64,000 nt of DNA. Source: Candidatus Poribacteria bacterium. GTDB taxonomy: Bacteria > Poribacteria > WGA-4E > PCPOR2b. The stretch lies in the NCBI GenBank assembly GCA_965116925.1, contig OZ220744.1:3424001-3488000 (forward strand), read 5' to 3'. Shown one piece after another: positions 1 to 11,311 of this stretch; position 1 is the stretch's first letter; each line of letters begins with the position of its first letter. The notes beneath the pieces were generated by a model that saw only the letters and a program-made list of their open reading frames with translations, ran no database searches and was not told where the DNA came from. The position numbers were made by a program, and so were the translations under genes.

Positions 1-1005
1 GTTGGGGTAGAATCCCCGCGCTCCAAGGAGGGAGATTATCTCCGTCATGGTGGGAAGTGGCTCGCCAGTGACGGCACACTTGCCGATGCCGCCGCGCTGT
101 TCGTCTCTGGTCACGGTCCCGCGCACATGCCGTCAACATATCTGGAATCGTTCAGAGAGAACGGATGGGTCTGTGTACCTGCGGTCATCGATCCCGATGT
201 GATTGAGGAGTTGGAGCGGGTCAGCTACACCGGTCGTTGGGAAAGCGACGGAGAGTTTGATCGGAGCGTTGCACCGATGCTCCAGACTTCAGCGGTCGCA
301 AAGATCGCGACGGAGCCTGTCTCCTTGTGGTTGATGCGCGAATATATGGGGGTCCAAGACATTCGACTCGGACATTCGCCCGGCTTCGCCATACTTCCCA
401 AAGACGACGGCAAACGGAACGTCCAAGGCTGGCATTCCGATTTCCCGTATCTCTGGGGCATTGCCGGCAGGACAAAGGACCGGATCCCTGTGCATCAGGT
501 TGATGGATTCGCCATGGGTGTCCAGCGCAACCTGTGCGTATCGGAATTTCGGAAGGAGAATGGGGCGACCTGTTTCAAACTCGGCTCACACGCACTCGGC
601 GCAGGACCGCCCGTCGAATGGGGCACCGGAAACGCAAACAAGGAGCCGGGACATCGTGAAGCGAGGGGGCTGCCCTACACCGGTCCCGATGCCGATGTCG
701 TTGAGGCACCGCCCGGCAGTTATATCCTCTACGATTCGCGGACGTGGCATCGTGCAGGCGTGAACCGTACCCCGCATAAACGCGCCGCCATGTTGCAGGC
801 GGTGGTCCCGATGTACATGATGCCGTTCAGGGACACCAGTCGCGTGTACAAGAATTTTATCAAAGGTCCCTATGTCGAGGAACTGACCGAACTTGAGAAA
901 CGGGAGCTTGAGTCGCTGATGGTGAGCCGGATGCTCAGTCCCGATGGGCCTCTGGCAATCACGGTTGATGATGAGTTGACTGAGCGGGTTCGCTCTGCGG
1001 ATTGA
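1..1005 (+). CDS. Phytanoyl-CoA dioxygenase (PhyH)-family Fe(II)/2OG dioxygenase, probably 5'-truncated by the window edge
   Basis: WHSD...WHRAG facial-triad motifs; the frame is open from base 1 to the ATG at 127. Confidence 0.8.
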   Translation, partial: VGVESPRSKEGDYLRHGGKWLASDGTLADAAALFVSGHGPAHMPSTYLESFRENGWVCVPAVIDPDVIEELERVSYTGRWESDGEFDRSVAPMLQTSAVAKIATEPVSLWLMREYMGVQDIRLGHSPGFAILPKDDGKRNVQGWHSDFPYLWGIAGRTKDRIPVHQVDGFAMGVQRNLCVSEFRKENGATCFKLGSHALGAGPPVEWGTGNANKEPGHREARGLPYTGPDADVVEAPPGSYILYDSRTWHRAGVNRTPHKRAAMLQAVVPMYMMPFRDTSRVYKNFIKGPYVEELTELEKRELESLMVSRMLSPDGPLAITVDDELTERVRSAD

Positions 1006-1009
1006 TGCT

Positions 1010-1500
1010 GTTGTCTGAATCGCGGATAAGGATGCGTGAAACGTGAAACGTGATGCGTGACAGATTGTAATGTATAAAGTTCATCAGATCTGTCTCATTA
1101 AATTGTCTGAATCCGGATTTTCAGAATCGAAGGATAAACAGGATAAGAAAGGGAGCGTCCAAAAATCCATGAGTGCTAGGGTCGGGAAGACGACGAAACT
1201 GTCTGAATCGCGGATTAAGAGGATTACACAGATTGCGCGGATAAGAGCGCGTGAAACGTGATGCGTGACAGATTGTAATGTATAGGGTTCATTAGTTCAA
1301 TGAACCAACATAGCCCCAGCGGGGCGATATGTATATAGAAAGGCAATACGCCTAATCCCCGCGCTCCAGCGGAGCGCAATGTATAGAATTCATCAATTCG
1401 ATGCACCAAAGTAGTAGGCATACTCCGTATGCCGTAACCACAGTTAATGAACCAATGAACCAACGTAGCTCCAGCGGGGCACCATGTATATAGAATCCTA
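1010..1500. repeat. Cluster of small intergenic repeats (GTCTGAATCGCGGAT family, CGTGAAACGTGA, GTAGTAGGCATACTCCGTATGCCGT hairpin)
   Basis: The same motifs recur at about 3763, 7280, 11063, 12150, 17085, 25245, 30330 and 63620. Confidence 0.75.
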
Positions 1501-1515
1501 GCTTGAATAAAATGA

Positions 1516-2742
1516 ATGGAAACCACAATGCCAGATTTTACAGACGAAGAGTTATTGCAAATCATTGAATATAATGAAGCTGATTGCGTCGAGTTTAAAG
1601 AGTCTTTGTCCGGTGATGCTCCGAGAGAAATAAGAGAAGCTATTTGTGCATTTGCCAACGATTTACCCCACCGCGAAAAACCTGGCTTTGTTTTCGTGGG
1701 AGTGAGGAACGACAGAACTATCGCAGGTCTACCTGTTACGGACCGATTGCTCCGGCGGTTGGCTGATATGAAAACCGATGGGAATACCGTACCGCCCCCA
1801 TCCCTAAACGTTGAAAAGCGCGTACTGCAAGGTAAAGAAATTGCCGTGGTCACGGTACAACCCTCCGATTCGCCGCCGGTTCGATACAGAGGTACTATCC
1901 ATATCCGTACTGGTCCGCGCCGCGGTATCGCCACAGCACAGGATGAAAGGATTCTCAACGAAAAGCGGCGATTTGGCAACATTCCCTTTGACCTGCACCC
2001 TATTCCCACAGCCGACATCTCGGACCTTAACCTAGTCCCGTTCGAGAACGAATATCTACCGCAAGCGGTTGCCTCTGATATACTTGAAGCCAATGAACGC
2101 ACTCCCGAAGAACGTCTTACAGCGATGAAGATGATTGCGCCAGGCGATGAACGAACCCCAACGGTGTTGGGAATATTGGTACTCGGCAAAAATCCACAGG
2201 ACTTTCTTCCAGGGGCTTACCTACAATTCCTCAGGATTGATGGCAACGAGCTAGCAGATAATATTCTTGATAGTGAAGAGATGTGCGGTACAATTCCTGA
2301 CCTGCTTCGCCGTCTGGACGAGAAACTGACCGCTCACAATCGTATCACTGTTGATTTCACAACCAGCGTCGTCGAACAACGAACGGAACTTTATCCTATC
2401 CCAGCGCTGCAACAGATCACTCGGAATGCCGTTATGCACAGAACTTATGAAGCAACGCACGCGCCGATTCGTGTATCTTGGTTCAATGACCGCATTGAGG
2501 TTTTAAGCCCCGGTGGCGTGTTTGGGGTGGTAACGGCTGCGAATTTTGGCCAACCCGGACTTACCGATTATCGGAACCCCAATCTCGCGGAAGCGATGAA
2601 AAATCTAGGCTATGTACAGCGGTTTGGCGTGGGAATACCGACAGCGAGAAGGCTGCTGAAAGCAGCGGGACACCCAGAACCGGAATTTGCAATTAATGAT
2701 ACCAACATACATGTCACGATAAGGGCATTGCCCAAATTCTAA
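1516..2742 (+). CDS. AlbA_2 (Schlafen-like) domain plus HATPase_c_4 (RecG C-terminal-like) protein
   Basis: EADCVEFKES...ICAFAN N-terminus; NAVMHRTY, RIEVLSPGG, RNPNLAEAM and VQRFGVGI motifs. Confidence 0.85.
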   Translation: METTMPDFTDEELLQIIEYNEADCVEFKESLSGDAPREIREAICAFANDLPHREKPGFVFVGVRNDRTIAGLPVTDRLLRRLADMKTDGNTVPPPSLNVEKRVLQGKEIAVVTVQPSDSPPVRYRGTIHIRTGPRRGIATAQDERILNEKRRFGNIPFDLHPIPTADISDLNLVPFENEYLPQAVASDILEANERTPEERLTAMKMIAPGDERTPTVLGILVLGKNPQDFLPGAYLQFLRIDGNELADNILDSEEMCGTIPDLLRRLDEKLTAHNRITVDFTTSVVEQRTELYPIPALQQITRNAVMHRTYEATHAPIRVSWFNDRIEVLSPGGVFGVVTAANFGQPGLTDYRNPNLAEAMKNLGYVQRFGVGIPTARRLLKAAGHPEPEFAINDTNIHVTIRALPKF

Positions 2743-2754
2743 AAAGAGATAAAA

Positions 2755-3768
2755 ATGTCTGTCCCAATTTTAACCTTTTTCAATAATAAGAGCGGTGCTG
2801 GCAAGACATCCTTGGTCTATCATCTATCGTGGATGCTATCCGATATTGATTATCAAGTACTTGCTTGTGACCTCGATCCACAGGCGAACCTTACCCGTAT
2901 GTTTATCAATGAGGAACGCCTAGAAATGCTGTGGCCTGACAATGGACCAAGAAAAACCATCTATAATGCCCTCCAACCGCTTTTGGACGGGACCGGAGAC
3001 ATTGAGCAACCTTACTTGGAGCGGATAGCACCGAAGTTGAGCCTTATCGTAGGGGACCTTTCATTATCTGCTACCGAGGAGGCGTTTTCGATCCAATGGC
3101 AAGCGTGTCTTGACCGTCGCCCACGGGCTTTCCGTGTCATCTCAGCACTATGGCGCATTTTACAAACGGCAGCGAACGATAGTGGTGCTGAAATCGTCTT
3201 GGTAGATGTGGGGCCCAACTTAGGGGCTTTGAATAGAGCGGTGCTGATTGCGACGGATTACGTTATCGTTCCGCTTGGCACCGATCTAATCGCACTTCAA
3301 GGACTGCGTACCCTCGGGTCAACCCTACGAGATTGGCGCAATGGGTGGAAAGATAGATATGACTGTAACCCCATCCCTGACCTATGTATACCCGATGGAT
3401 TAATCCAACCCATCGGGTATACGGTACAGCAGCACGGAATTCTTTTGGGGCGTCCCATTCGGGCATACGATAAGTGGGTCAATCGTATGCCGGAGGAATA
3501 TGCTCGAAACCTACTGGACGATAACGATGGACCTTACCCTAAGACACCGGCGCAAGATGAAGCACACGCCCTCGCGACTGTCAAGCACTACCGAAGCTTA
3601 GTGTCGATGGCGCAGGAAGCACGTAAGCCTATGTTTCAGCTCACACCAGCCGATGGCGCGATGGGCAGCCACGCCGATGCCGCCAATACCGCCCGCGCCG
3701 ATTTCAAGGCTCTGGCTGAGAAGATCGCCGCAAGGATTAATTTGGAAAAATGTAAGGAAACCGTCTGA
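2755..3768 (+). CDS. ParA/Soj-family ATPase (AAA_31)
   Basis: FNNKSGAGKTS deviant Walker A, DLDPQANLT, DVGPNLG. Confidence 0.85.
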   Translation: MSVPILTFFNNKSGAGKTSLVYHLSWMLSDIDYQVLACDLDPQANLTRMFINEERLEMLWPDNGPRKTIYNALQPLLDGTGDIEQPYLERIAPKLSLIVGDLSLSATEEAFSIQWQACLDRRPRAFRVISALWRILQTAANDSGAEIVLVDVGPNLGALNRAVLIATDYVIVPLGTDLIALQGLRTLGSTLRDWRNGWKDRYDCNPIPDLCIPDGLIQPIGYTVQQHGILLGRPIRAYDKWVNRMPEEYARNLLDDNDGPYPKTPAQDEAHALATVKHYRSLVSMAQEARKPMFQLTPADGAMGSHADAANTARADFKALAEKIAARINLEKCKETV

Positions 3769-3906
3769 ATCGCGGATTCAGCGGATTACGCAGATTGCGC
3801 GGATAAGGACGCGTGAAACGTGATGCTTGAAAGCAGATTGTAATGTATGGAGTCCGTCAGTTCAATTGAACCAATGAACCAAAGCGACCTGAGATAGGTG
3901 TAAACT

Positions 3907-6900
3907 ATGTCAAACCGTAACACCCGAATCCGGGATAACCATGACCGAGGAACGGTCGGCGATTTTCTGGAAGCCAACATTAAGGACGATGCATCGCTCT
4001 CGGTGGTGTCGGCGTACTTCACGATCCACGCCTTTGAAGCCCTCAAAGAGCGTCTGTGGAAAATTGACGGACTGCGATTCCTGTTCGGTGAGCCCGACTT
4101 TATCAAAAATCTCGACGCAAGGGACACCGATCCGAAAGCCTTCAAAATTGAGGACGAGGGTTTGCAGCTTGACAAGCCGCTTCAACAGAGACCGATTGCT
4201 AAAGAATGCGCTGAGTGGATAAAAAAGAAGGTGGAGATTAAGTCAACCCGGCAATCGAATCTACTCCACGGGAAGATGTATCATATCGGCAACAACGACG
4301 AGGAAAAAGCCATCATGGGCAGTTCCAATTTTACCGTGCAGGGACTCGGATTGAGTCAGTCGAACAGTAACATTGAGCTCAATCTTGAGGTGGAGGACTC
4401 CCAAGACCGTCGAGACCTGAAAGCGTGGTTTGATGATGTCTGGAATGACAATGAACGGGTCGAAGATGTAAAGAAAAAGGTAATTGCTAGGTTAGAGAAG
4501 CTGGGGGACGATCAGGCACCAGAGTTCATCTATTACAAGACACTCTACGAGCTGTTCCGGGACGACTTAGAAGCCCGAATGAACAACGAGCAGAAATTAG
4601 AAGACACGCACCTGTACGACACCAAAATCTGGGATAAATTGTACGACTTCCAGAAAGATGGCGTCAAAAGCGTTATCGCCCGTCTGCTACGGCATAACGG
4701 CTGCATCCTCGCCGATAGCGTGGGATTGGGCAAAACCTACACGGCATTGGCGGTTATCAAGTTCTTTGAATTGAGAAATGAGCGTGTCTTAGTGTTGTGT
4801 CCCAAAAAGTTACGCGAAAACTGGGCGTTGTATCCAGTGCATTACAACCAGCGCAGCAATCCTTTCGAGGACGACAAATTCGGCTACTCGCTTCTATCGC
4901 ATACCGACCTATCCCGTTACAGCGGCGACACCGACGGCACTGATTTGGCAGGCTTTAATTGGAGCAATTTTGACTTGGTGGTGATCGACGAATCGCACAA
5001 CTTCCGCAACGACACCAAACCGACCCTTGATGACGCCGGTAATATCACCCGCCACAGTCGCTACTCGCGGTTGTTGGAAGAGGTTATCAAGGAAGGTGCC
5101 CAAACGAAGGTGTTGATGCTTTCAGCGACGCCGGTGAACACCTCACTCATTGACCTGCGAAATCAGATCTACCTGATGACCGGAAAGCGTGAAGAGACTT
5201 TCCGGGAAAGCTTAGGAATCGGTAATATCCGCGCTTTGCTAGGGCAGGCACAAAGGGAGTTTAAGGCATGGGAAGACGATAAAGACAGTGGTAGAGACAA
5301 ATTGAAATTGCTGACTAAATTGGGGGCTGATTTTTTCCGATTACTCGGTGGTGTGTCTATTGCCCGTTCTCGGCGGCACATTGAAAATTTCTACGCCGAT
5401 GAAATAGGGAGAATTGGGGAGTTTCCCGAACAACTGAAACCGGAAAACCATCACCCATTGACCGACCTGACCGGCGCGCTCTCTTATAAATACTTGGCGG
5501 ATCAGATAGAGAAATTCTCCCTGTCCGTTTATACGCCATCCAGTTACGTCATCAGCGAGGCAGCAAAACAGCGACTGGCAAAAGAGAAACAGGACTTCCG
5601 TTTCAATCAGTTAGACCGTGAGAAATTCCTGATTGGGATGATGCAGACCAACTTTCTCAAGCGTTTGGAGAGCTCCGCACACTCCCTCACAGAAACGCTT
5701 GAACGCACAATCGGCAAAATTGACGACTTACTGGAAAAGATTGATCGCTACGAACAGAATCAGCAGACGCCGCAAGCGGGGTCCGAGGTGCTGCTAGAGA
5801 ACGACATCCTACCGGAGGACGACGAAGACGATGAGGAGTTTCTGGTAAATAAGGCGCGCTACCCCTATCACCTCCGGGAATTGGATTGTGTCTGCTGGAA
5901 AGAAGATCTCATAAAGGACAGAGAGACGTTGAGCGAGGCGTGGGAAAGCGTCAAAGCAATTACGCCGGAGCGGGATGGCAAACTTCAAGCGATTAAGGCG
6001 CATATTCGGGAGAAGGCAGAACACCCACCGACCGACAAGGACGGGGAGACCAACCGCAAGCTGCTGGTGTTCACCACCTTCAAGGACACGGCGGAGTACC
6101 TCTATGATAACCTGTCGGATCTGGCGGCGGAACTGAACCTGAATATGGCGATGGTCTCCGGTGACGTGACGCGAACCCAATCCCGCCCAAACAACTTCAA
6201 CGCCATCCTGACCAATTTCGCACCGCGAGCACGCGGGCGCACTGACAACGATGGCGATGAAATCGATCTGCTAATCGCCACCGATTGCATATCGGAGGGA
6301 CAGAACCTACAGGATTGCGACACGGTGTTGAACTACGACATCCACTGGAATCCGGTGCGTATCATCCAACGCTTTGGACGCATTGACCGCATCGGCAGCC
6401 GCAACAAGTCAGTGCGAATGATTAACTATTGGCCCACCGAAGATATGGAGGTCTACCTGCGCTTGCAAAGCCGTGTCGAGGCTCGCATGGCACTTGCGGA
6501 CGCTGCAGCAACCGGCACTGATGACCCATTGAACGAATCGGCATACGAACAAGCCCAGATGGAACTGAATTTCCGTAATCAACAACTGAGGCAGCTGCGC
6601 GAGGAGGTGCTAGACTTCGATGACCTCTCCGATGGCGTTGTGCTGAGCGATTTTACGCTCGATTACTTCTTTACCCAATTGTTGCGGTATCTGGAAAAGA
6701 ACAAAAAGGAGTTGGAAGCGACCCCCAACGGCGTGTATGCGGTCACCCACGATGCAGACCGTCCGATGGAAAGAGGGGTTATCTTTTTTCTCCGCCAACG
6801 GAACGCCAGTACGGATATACAGAGAAAAACAGCCAGCCCGATCCACCCTTTTTATGGGGTCTATATCCGCAACACTGGTGACATCCGCTACGGTTGTGCA

Positions 6901-7206
6901 AACACCCGACAGGTGCTGGATCTGTTTGAATCGGCGGCTGTCGGCAAGACTCAACCGTTGCATAACCTATGCGTCCAATTTGACAGCGAAACCAAAAATG
7001 GCAAGAAGATGGGACGGTATAACGGACTGTTGAAAGCGGTTATTGACCACATCAGCAGGGCGCATACGACGACACAAACCAACAATATGGGACTTAGTGG
7101 CTCACGCGACTTTGCACTCCCTCTGGAATCCGAAACCCCCAGAGATACCAGTGATTTTGAGTTGGTGACATGGCTAGTGATCACCACCCCACAGAGAAAA
7201 AGCTGA
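3907..7206 (+). CDS. PLD-like nuclease domain fused to an SNF2-type helicase (RM-associated)
   Basis: LHGKMY...GSSNFT PLD motif; ADSVGLGKT, IDESHNFRN, LSATP, SEGQNLQ and QRFGRIDRIG helicase motifs. Confidence 0.9.
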   Translation: MSNRNTRIRDNHDRGTVGDFLEANIKDDASLSVVSAYFTIHAFEALKERLWKIDGLRFLFGEPDFIKNLDARDTDPKAFKIEDEGLQLDKPLQQRPIAKECAEWIKKKVEIKSTRQSNLLHGKMYHIGNNDEEKAIMGSSNFTVQGLGLSQSNSNIELNLEVEDSQDRRDLKAWFDDVWNDNERVEDVKKKVIARLEKLGDDQAPEFIYYKTLYELFRDDLEARMNNEQKLEDTHLYDTKIWDKLYDFQKDGVKSVIARLLRHNGCILADSVGLGKTYTALAVIKFFELRNERVLVLCPKKLRENWALYPVHYNQRSNPFEDDKFGYSLLSHTDLSRYSGDTDGTDLAGFNWSNFDLVVIDESHNFRNDTKPTLDDAGNITRHSRYSRLLEEVIKEGAQTKVLMLSATPVNTSLIDLRNQIYLMTGKREETFRESLGIGNIRALLGQAQREFKAWEDDKDSGRDKLKLLTKLGADFFRLLGGVSIARSRRHIENFYADEIGRIGEFPEQLKPENHHPLTDLTGALSYKYLADQIEKFSLSVYTPSSYVISEAAKQRLAKEKQDFRFNQLDREKFLIGMMQTNFLKRLESSAHSLTETLERTIGKIDDLLEKIDRYEQNQQTPQAGSEVLLENDILPEDDEDDEEFLVNKARYPYHLRELDCVCWKEDLIKDRETLSEAWESVKAITPERDGKLQAIKAHIREKAEHPPTDKDGETNRKLLVFTTFKDTAEYLYDNLSDLAAELNLNMAMVSGDVTRTQSRPNNFNAILTNFAPRARGRTDNDGDEIDLLIATDCISEGQNLQDCDTVLNYDIHWNPVRIIQRFGRIDRIGSRNKSVRMINYWPTEDMEVYLRLQSRVEARMALADAAATGTDDPLNESAYEQAQMELNFRNQQLRQLREEVLDFDDLSDGVVLSDFTLDYFFTQLLRYLEKNKKELEATPNGVYAVTHDADRPMERGVIFFLRQRNASTDIQRKTASPIHPFYGVYIRNTGDIRYGCANTRQVLDLFESAAVGKTQPLHNLCVQFDSETKNGKKMGRYNGLLKAVIDHISRAHTTTQTNNMGLSGSRDFALPLESETPRDTSDFELVTWLVITTPQRKS

Positions 7207-7493
7207 AAACGGGAAAACCGGAAAACGAGACAAGGTATTCAGTCATCCCCCGATTTATCGGGGCGACATGTGCCATTTGTCTGAATCACGGATTAACACG
7301 GATTCACGGATTCACGGATAAGAGGAAAAAATGGGAAGCCCAGCTTTTAGCCCCAACGGGGCGATATGTTTATAGCTAGGTGATAGGCCCTTTCTCTCAA
7401 GCCCCAGAGGGGCGACATGTTAGGACTTATGCAGTTCAGGTTGTAGGGAACGCAGATCTGCGTTCCCTACGCACATAACAAGGAACGAAACAG

Positions 7494-10400
7494 ATGAGCA
7501 ACGAAGAAATCAGAAAGAAGGAAGAAATCGAATTCGCCTTGGCGGCAATGATTGACGACGATTTTTTGGAAACCTCAAAGGATCTGTTGGAGGTTTTGGG
7601 CTACTGTAGCGACCGGACTGCGAACTTCCCGGTAACAGCGGATCACTTTATTTGGCGGTTTCCAGCTCCAAACGAAAACACCGACACAGAGCGGGAATTC
7701 CGCCAGAACGTGGAATCGGTCGAGCTGGTGTTTCAAGTCAGCAGCACGGAAATTGCCCCCGACGATCAGCCAATGCTGTTTGAGGTGCCTACCTTTGATG
7801 AGGGATATGTAAGGACTTTCACCTTCTTTGCAATCGAATTGAAAGATTCGGACTACCCACGAGGCAAATATGCCCAATTCACACGGGAGGTCAACAAGCG
7901 GTTTATAATGCCTGTTGTGGTATTCTTTCGCGTTAAAGACCGTTTGACCATCGGCTTTGTCGGGCGCCGTCAACACAGGCGTGACCCAGACCGCGATGTG
8001 TTAGAACAGGTTACGCTGATTAAGGACATTCGTCTGGATGATCCACACCGGGCGCATCTGGATATCCTGTTTGAACTCTCATTAGAGGAATGCGCGAAGT
8101 GGATGAGGGACCACAACGAACAGGAAAACTTCGATGGTTTGCTTGCGGCGTGGCTTGCCCGACTGGACACCGAAGAGCTCAACAAGAAATTCTACCGGGA
8201 ACTGTTCGCTTGGTTTGAATGGGCGGTTGCTGAAGGGCAATTCCCCACAGATAAAAATCGCACCCTGAAGCCGGAGGAGCATGTCATCCGCTTAATCACA
8301 CGCCTCCTGTTCGTCTGGTTTATCAAAGAGAAGGGACTAATTGCAGGTGAACTGTTCAATGAGGCGCGAATTTCCCCCTTGCTGAAGGACTACGACCGGG
8401 ACACCGGCAATTCCTACTACCGCGCTGTGCTGCAAAACCTGTTTTTTGCCACGCTGAACACCGAGATAGGAAAACGTAAGTTTAGCGAAGGGGGAAACCC
8501 ACGCCATCGCAATTTCTCACTGTATCGCTACAAGGATCAGATAACTGACCCCGATAAACTGCTGGGGCTATTTGAGAAAACGCCATTTATCAACGGGGGA
8601 TTGTTCGATTGCCTCGACAGCGAGGAGGCAACACGAGATGGCGGCTACCGTATCGACTGCTTTTCTGATGTGGATTACGGTAAATTGAGAGTTCCCAACC
8701 GTCTCTTTTTTGACAAGGAGCATGGTTTGATTCCTCTCCTAGAACACTACAAATTCACCGTTGAGGAAAATACACCGATAGAGCAGGAGGTCGCGTTAGA
8801 TCCAGAACTACTCGGCAAGGTGTTTGAAAATCTGCTCGCTGCATATAACCCCGAAACCGGCGCAACAGCACGGAAACAGACCGGCTCCTACTATACCCCG
8901 CGTCCCATCGTAGACTACATGGTGGAGGAGGCGTTAGTGACGACACTAACAGAGCAGGTCTCCCCAACGCACGGAGATGCGAAGTTTTGGGAGGAACGGT
9001 TACGCTATCTGTTCGATTATGCGAAGGTGTTTGACGATGCGAGCGAATGGTTCGATAGCCGCAAAGCTGACGCGGTGGTGCGAGCAATTTCAGAACTTAA
9101 AATACTGGATCCGGCGGTCGGTTCCGGTGCGTTTCCGATGGGCGTCTTGCACAAGCTAACCCTCGCCCTGCGGCGACTTGACCCGGATAACAAACGCTGG
9201 GAAGCATTGCAAAAGGAACGTGCCGCCCAACGCGCGGCGGATGCGTTTGATACGGAAGATGATCAAACGCGACGTGAGGAACTCCTCGAAATCAACGAAA
9301 CTTTCAAACGCTACCGCGATTCGGACTTCGGACGGAAGTTATATCTGATTCAAAACAGTATCTTCGGCGTGGACATTCAATCTATCGCCTGTCAAATCGC
9401 CAAACTCCGCTTCTTCATCTCCCTTGCTATTGAGCAGGAGCCGGATAGAAGCGCAGACAACTTTGGAATCAAGCCGCTGCCGAATCTGGAGACACGGTTT
9501 ATTACAGCGAACACACTCATCGGTCTCGAAGAGGAGCGAACCCTGACAAGTCCCAAAGCGAGGGATTTAGAGCGAGAATTGGGCGAGAACCGCGAGCGGC
9601 ATTTCCACGCAACAACGCGCCCACAGAAACTGGCGTGTAAACGAGCGGACAAGAAGTTGCGGCGGGGGTTGGCGAAGGAATTAAAGGATATTGGGATGCC
9701 CCCCGATGATGCGGAGAAAATTGCCCATTGGGACCCTTACGATCAGAACGCAAGTGCGGATTGGTTTGATTCGGAATGGATGTTTGGTATCGTAGACGGG
9801 TTTGATGTGGTGATTGGGAATCCGCCGTATGTTAGCCATGATAAAATTTCCAAACAGCTTAAAACCGAAATTAAAGATCGCTATCAATCTTACGAACCCT
9901 TTGCGGATATGTACTGCTATTTCATTGAAAAAGCAATAGGGTTGCAAAATCAGCAAGGAATACTTAGCTTTATTACTTCAAATTCATATTTGAGAGCGGA
10001 ATATGGTGCCCCAATCCGAAAGCTGCTGAAAAATGAGAATATGCTGCTTAGAGTGTTAAATATTGAAGATTCACAGGTTTTCGAGAGTGTGATTGTTAAT
10101 GTCGCAATAATAGTGTCTCGTAAATCGACAAATCTCACTGATGATTTTTGTATTGTTGTCAATTCGCCATTTTCAGGTAATAGTTTTGAGGATTTTATAA
10201 AAAGCAATGGTTTTCATTATCCTCAAGCGTACTTTAATTCAAAGTCGTGGAACCTTATAGAACCAGAACTTGTTGAACTTCAAAGGAAATTGGAATCATC
10301 AGGGAAAACTCTCGAACAGCTGAGAACAAAAATTAGACTTGGTATTGCGACCGGCAGCAATGAAGCCTTTCTGATAGGTGAAGATAAGAAACGAGAACTT

Positions 10401-11069
10401 TGTGAAAGAAACCCTGTCAATGCTGAAATCATAAAACCCATTTTGAGAGGTAGAGATATTTTTCGCTACAGTTACACATCAGCGGGGCAGTATATTTTGC
10501 TGGCTAAAAATGGAGTCAATGTGCAAAGAGATTATCCTGATATATACGAACATTTAGAGTCATTCGGGGATAGGTTCAGGAATCGTGGGGCGCAAGGACA
10601 ACACTGGACGAATCTAAGGGCGTGCTCATTCTATGATGACTTCAAAAAAGAAAAGATTGTGTGGATTGAATTGACGGATTCAGGGCGGTTTGCCCTTTGC
10701 AATGAGGAAATCTATCTACTAAATTCAGCGTATTTTTTACTACCTCCGTCAGGCATAGAGTCAAAATTTCTGCTAGGTGTCCTAAATTCAAGCACAATTC
10801 GCTTTTACTTGGGTCTTATTGCAGAAACGAGTGGGATGGGAACAAGCCGTTGGATTAACAATTATGTGAAAGAATTTCCGATACCGGAGGCTACCTGTGA
10901 GCAACAAGCCCTGATTATTGATCTTGTCGATCAAATCCTTGATGCCAAACACACCGATCCAGACGCCGATGTATCCGAACTTGAAAATGAGATTGATCAG
11001 ATAGTATACTTATTATACGGTCTTACCCGTGAAGAAATCGCTATTGTGGAGGGAGCGGAAAATGTCTGA
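7494..11069 (+). CDS. Type IIG/Eco57I-like DNA adenine methyltransferase with C-terminal TaqI_C-like target-recognition region
   Basis: GSYYTP, LDPAVGSGAF (motif I), FDVVIGNPPY (motif IV), FLLGVLNS...EIDQIVYLLYGLT C-terminus. Confidence 0.9.
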   Translation: MSNEEIRKKEEIEFALAAMIDDDFLETSKDLLEVLGYCSDRTANFPVTADHFIWRFPAPNENTDTEREFRQNVESVELVFQVSSTEIAPDDQPMLFEVPTFDEGYVRTFTFFAIELKDSDYPRGKYAQFTREVNKRFIMPVVVFFRVKDRLTIGFVGRRQHRRDPDRDVLEQVTLIKDIRLDDPHRAHLDILFELSLEECAKWMRDHNEQENFDGLLAAWLARLDTEELNKKFYRELFAWFEWAVAEGQFPTDKNRTLKPEEHVIRLITRLLFVWFIKEKGLIAGELFNEARISPLLKDYDRDTGNSYYRAVLQNLFFATLNTEIGKRKFSEGGNPRHRNFSLYRYKDQITDPDKLLGLFEKTPFINGGLFDCLDSEEATRDGGYRIDCFSDVDYGKLRVPNRLFFDKEHGLIPLLEHYKFTVEENTPIEQEVALDPELLGKVFENLLAAYNPETGATARKQTGSYYTPRPIVDYMVEEALVTTLTEQVSPTHGDAKFWEERLRYLFDYAKVFDDASEWFDSRKADAVVRAISELKILDPAVGSGAFPMGVLHKLTLALRRLDPDNKRWEALQKERAAQRAADAFDTEDDQTRREELLEINETFKRYRDSDFGRKLYLIQNSIFGVDIQSIACQIAKLRFFISLAIEQEPDRSADNFGIKPLPNLETRFITANTLIGLEEERTLTSPKARDLERELGENRERHFHATTRPQKLACKRADKKLRRGLAKELKDIGMPPDDAEKIAHWDPYDQNASADWFDSEWMFGIVDGFDVVIGNPPYVSHDKISKQLKTEIKDRYQSYEPFADMYCYFIEKAIGLQNQQGILSFITSNSYLRAEYGAPIRKLLKNENMLLRVLNIEDSQVFESVIVNVAIIVSRKSTNLTDDFCIVVNSPFSGNSFEDFIKSNGFHYPQAYFNSKSWNLIEPELVELQRKLESSGKTLEQLRTKIRLGIATGSNEAFLIGEDKKRELCERNPVNAEIIKPILRGRDIFRYSYTSAGQYILLAKNGVNVQRDYPDIYEHLESFGDRFRNRGAQGQHWTNLRACSFYDDFKKEKIVWIELTDSGRFALCNEEIYLLNSAYFLLPPSGIESKFLLGVLNSSTIRFYLGLIAETSGMGTSRWINNYVKEFPIPEATCEQQALIIDLVDQILDAKHTDPDADVSELENEIDQIVYLLYGLTREEIAIVEGAENV

Positions 11070-11311
11070 ATCACGGATTATAGTAAATGTTAGAATTATT
11101 GGGACACTGTAGGAGGGTTTTCCAAACCCCGATTATACCCTCCCCTCTGATTTCACAGGCCAATCAAGAAGGTTTCCCCGCACCCTGGTCTCGGAACGGA
11201 CAAGGCAGTTCTCCTGAAATCCCTATTGGAGAAGCGTCAAATTATTTTTATTATTCACCATAAATGCCCCCTAATCCTTTAACCTATCAACTATAAAAGG
11301 AACATCTTATC

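Noticed and set aside
1224..2189. 321-aa minus-strand ORF
   Set aside because: Antisense to the AlbA_2 gene and runs into intergenic repeats
2755..3768. Chromosome-partitioning parA
   Set aside because: No parB or parS nearby; its length and defence-island context fit an orphan ParA-like ATPase
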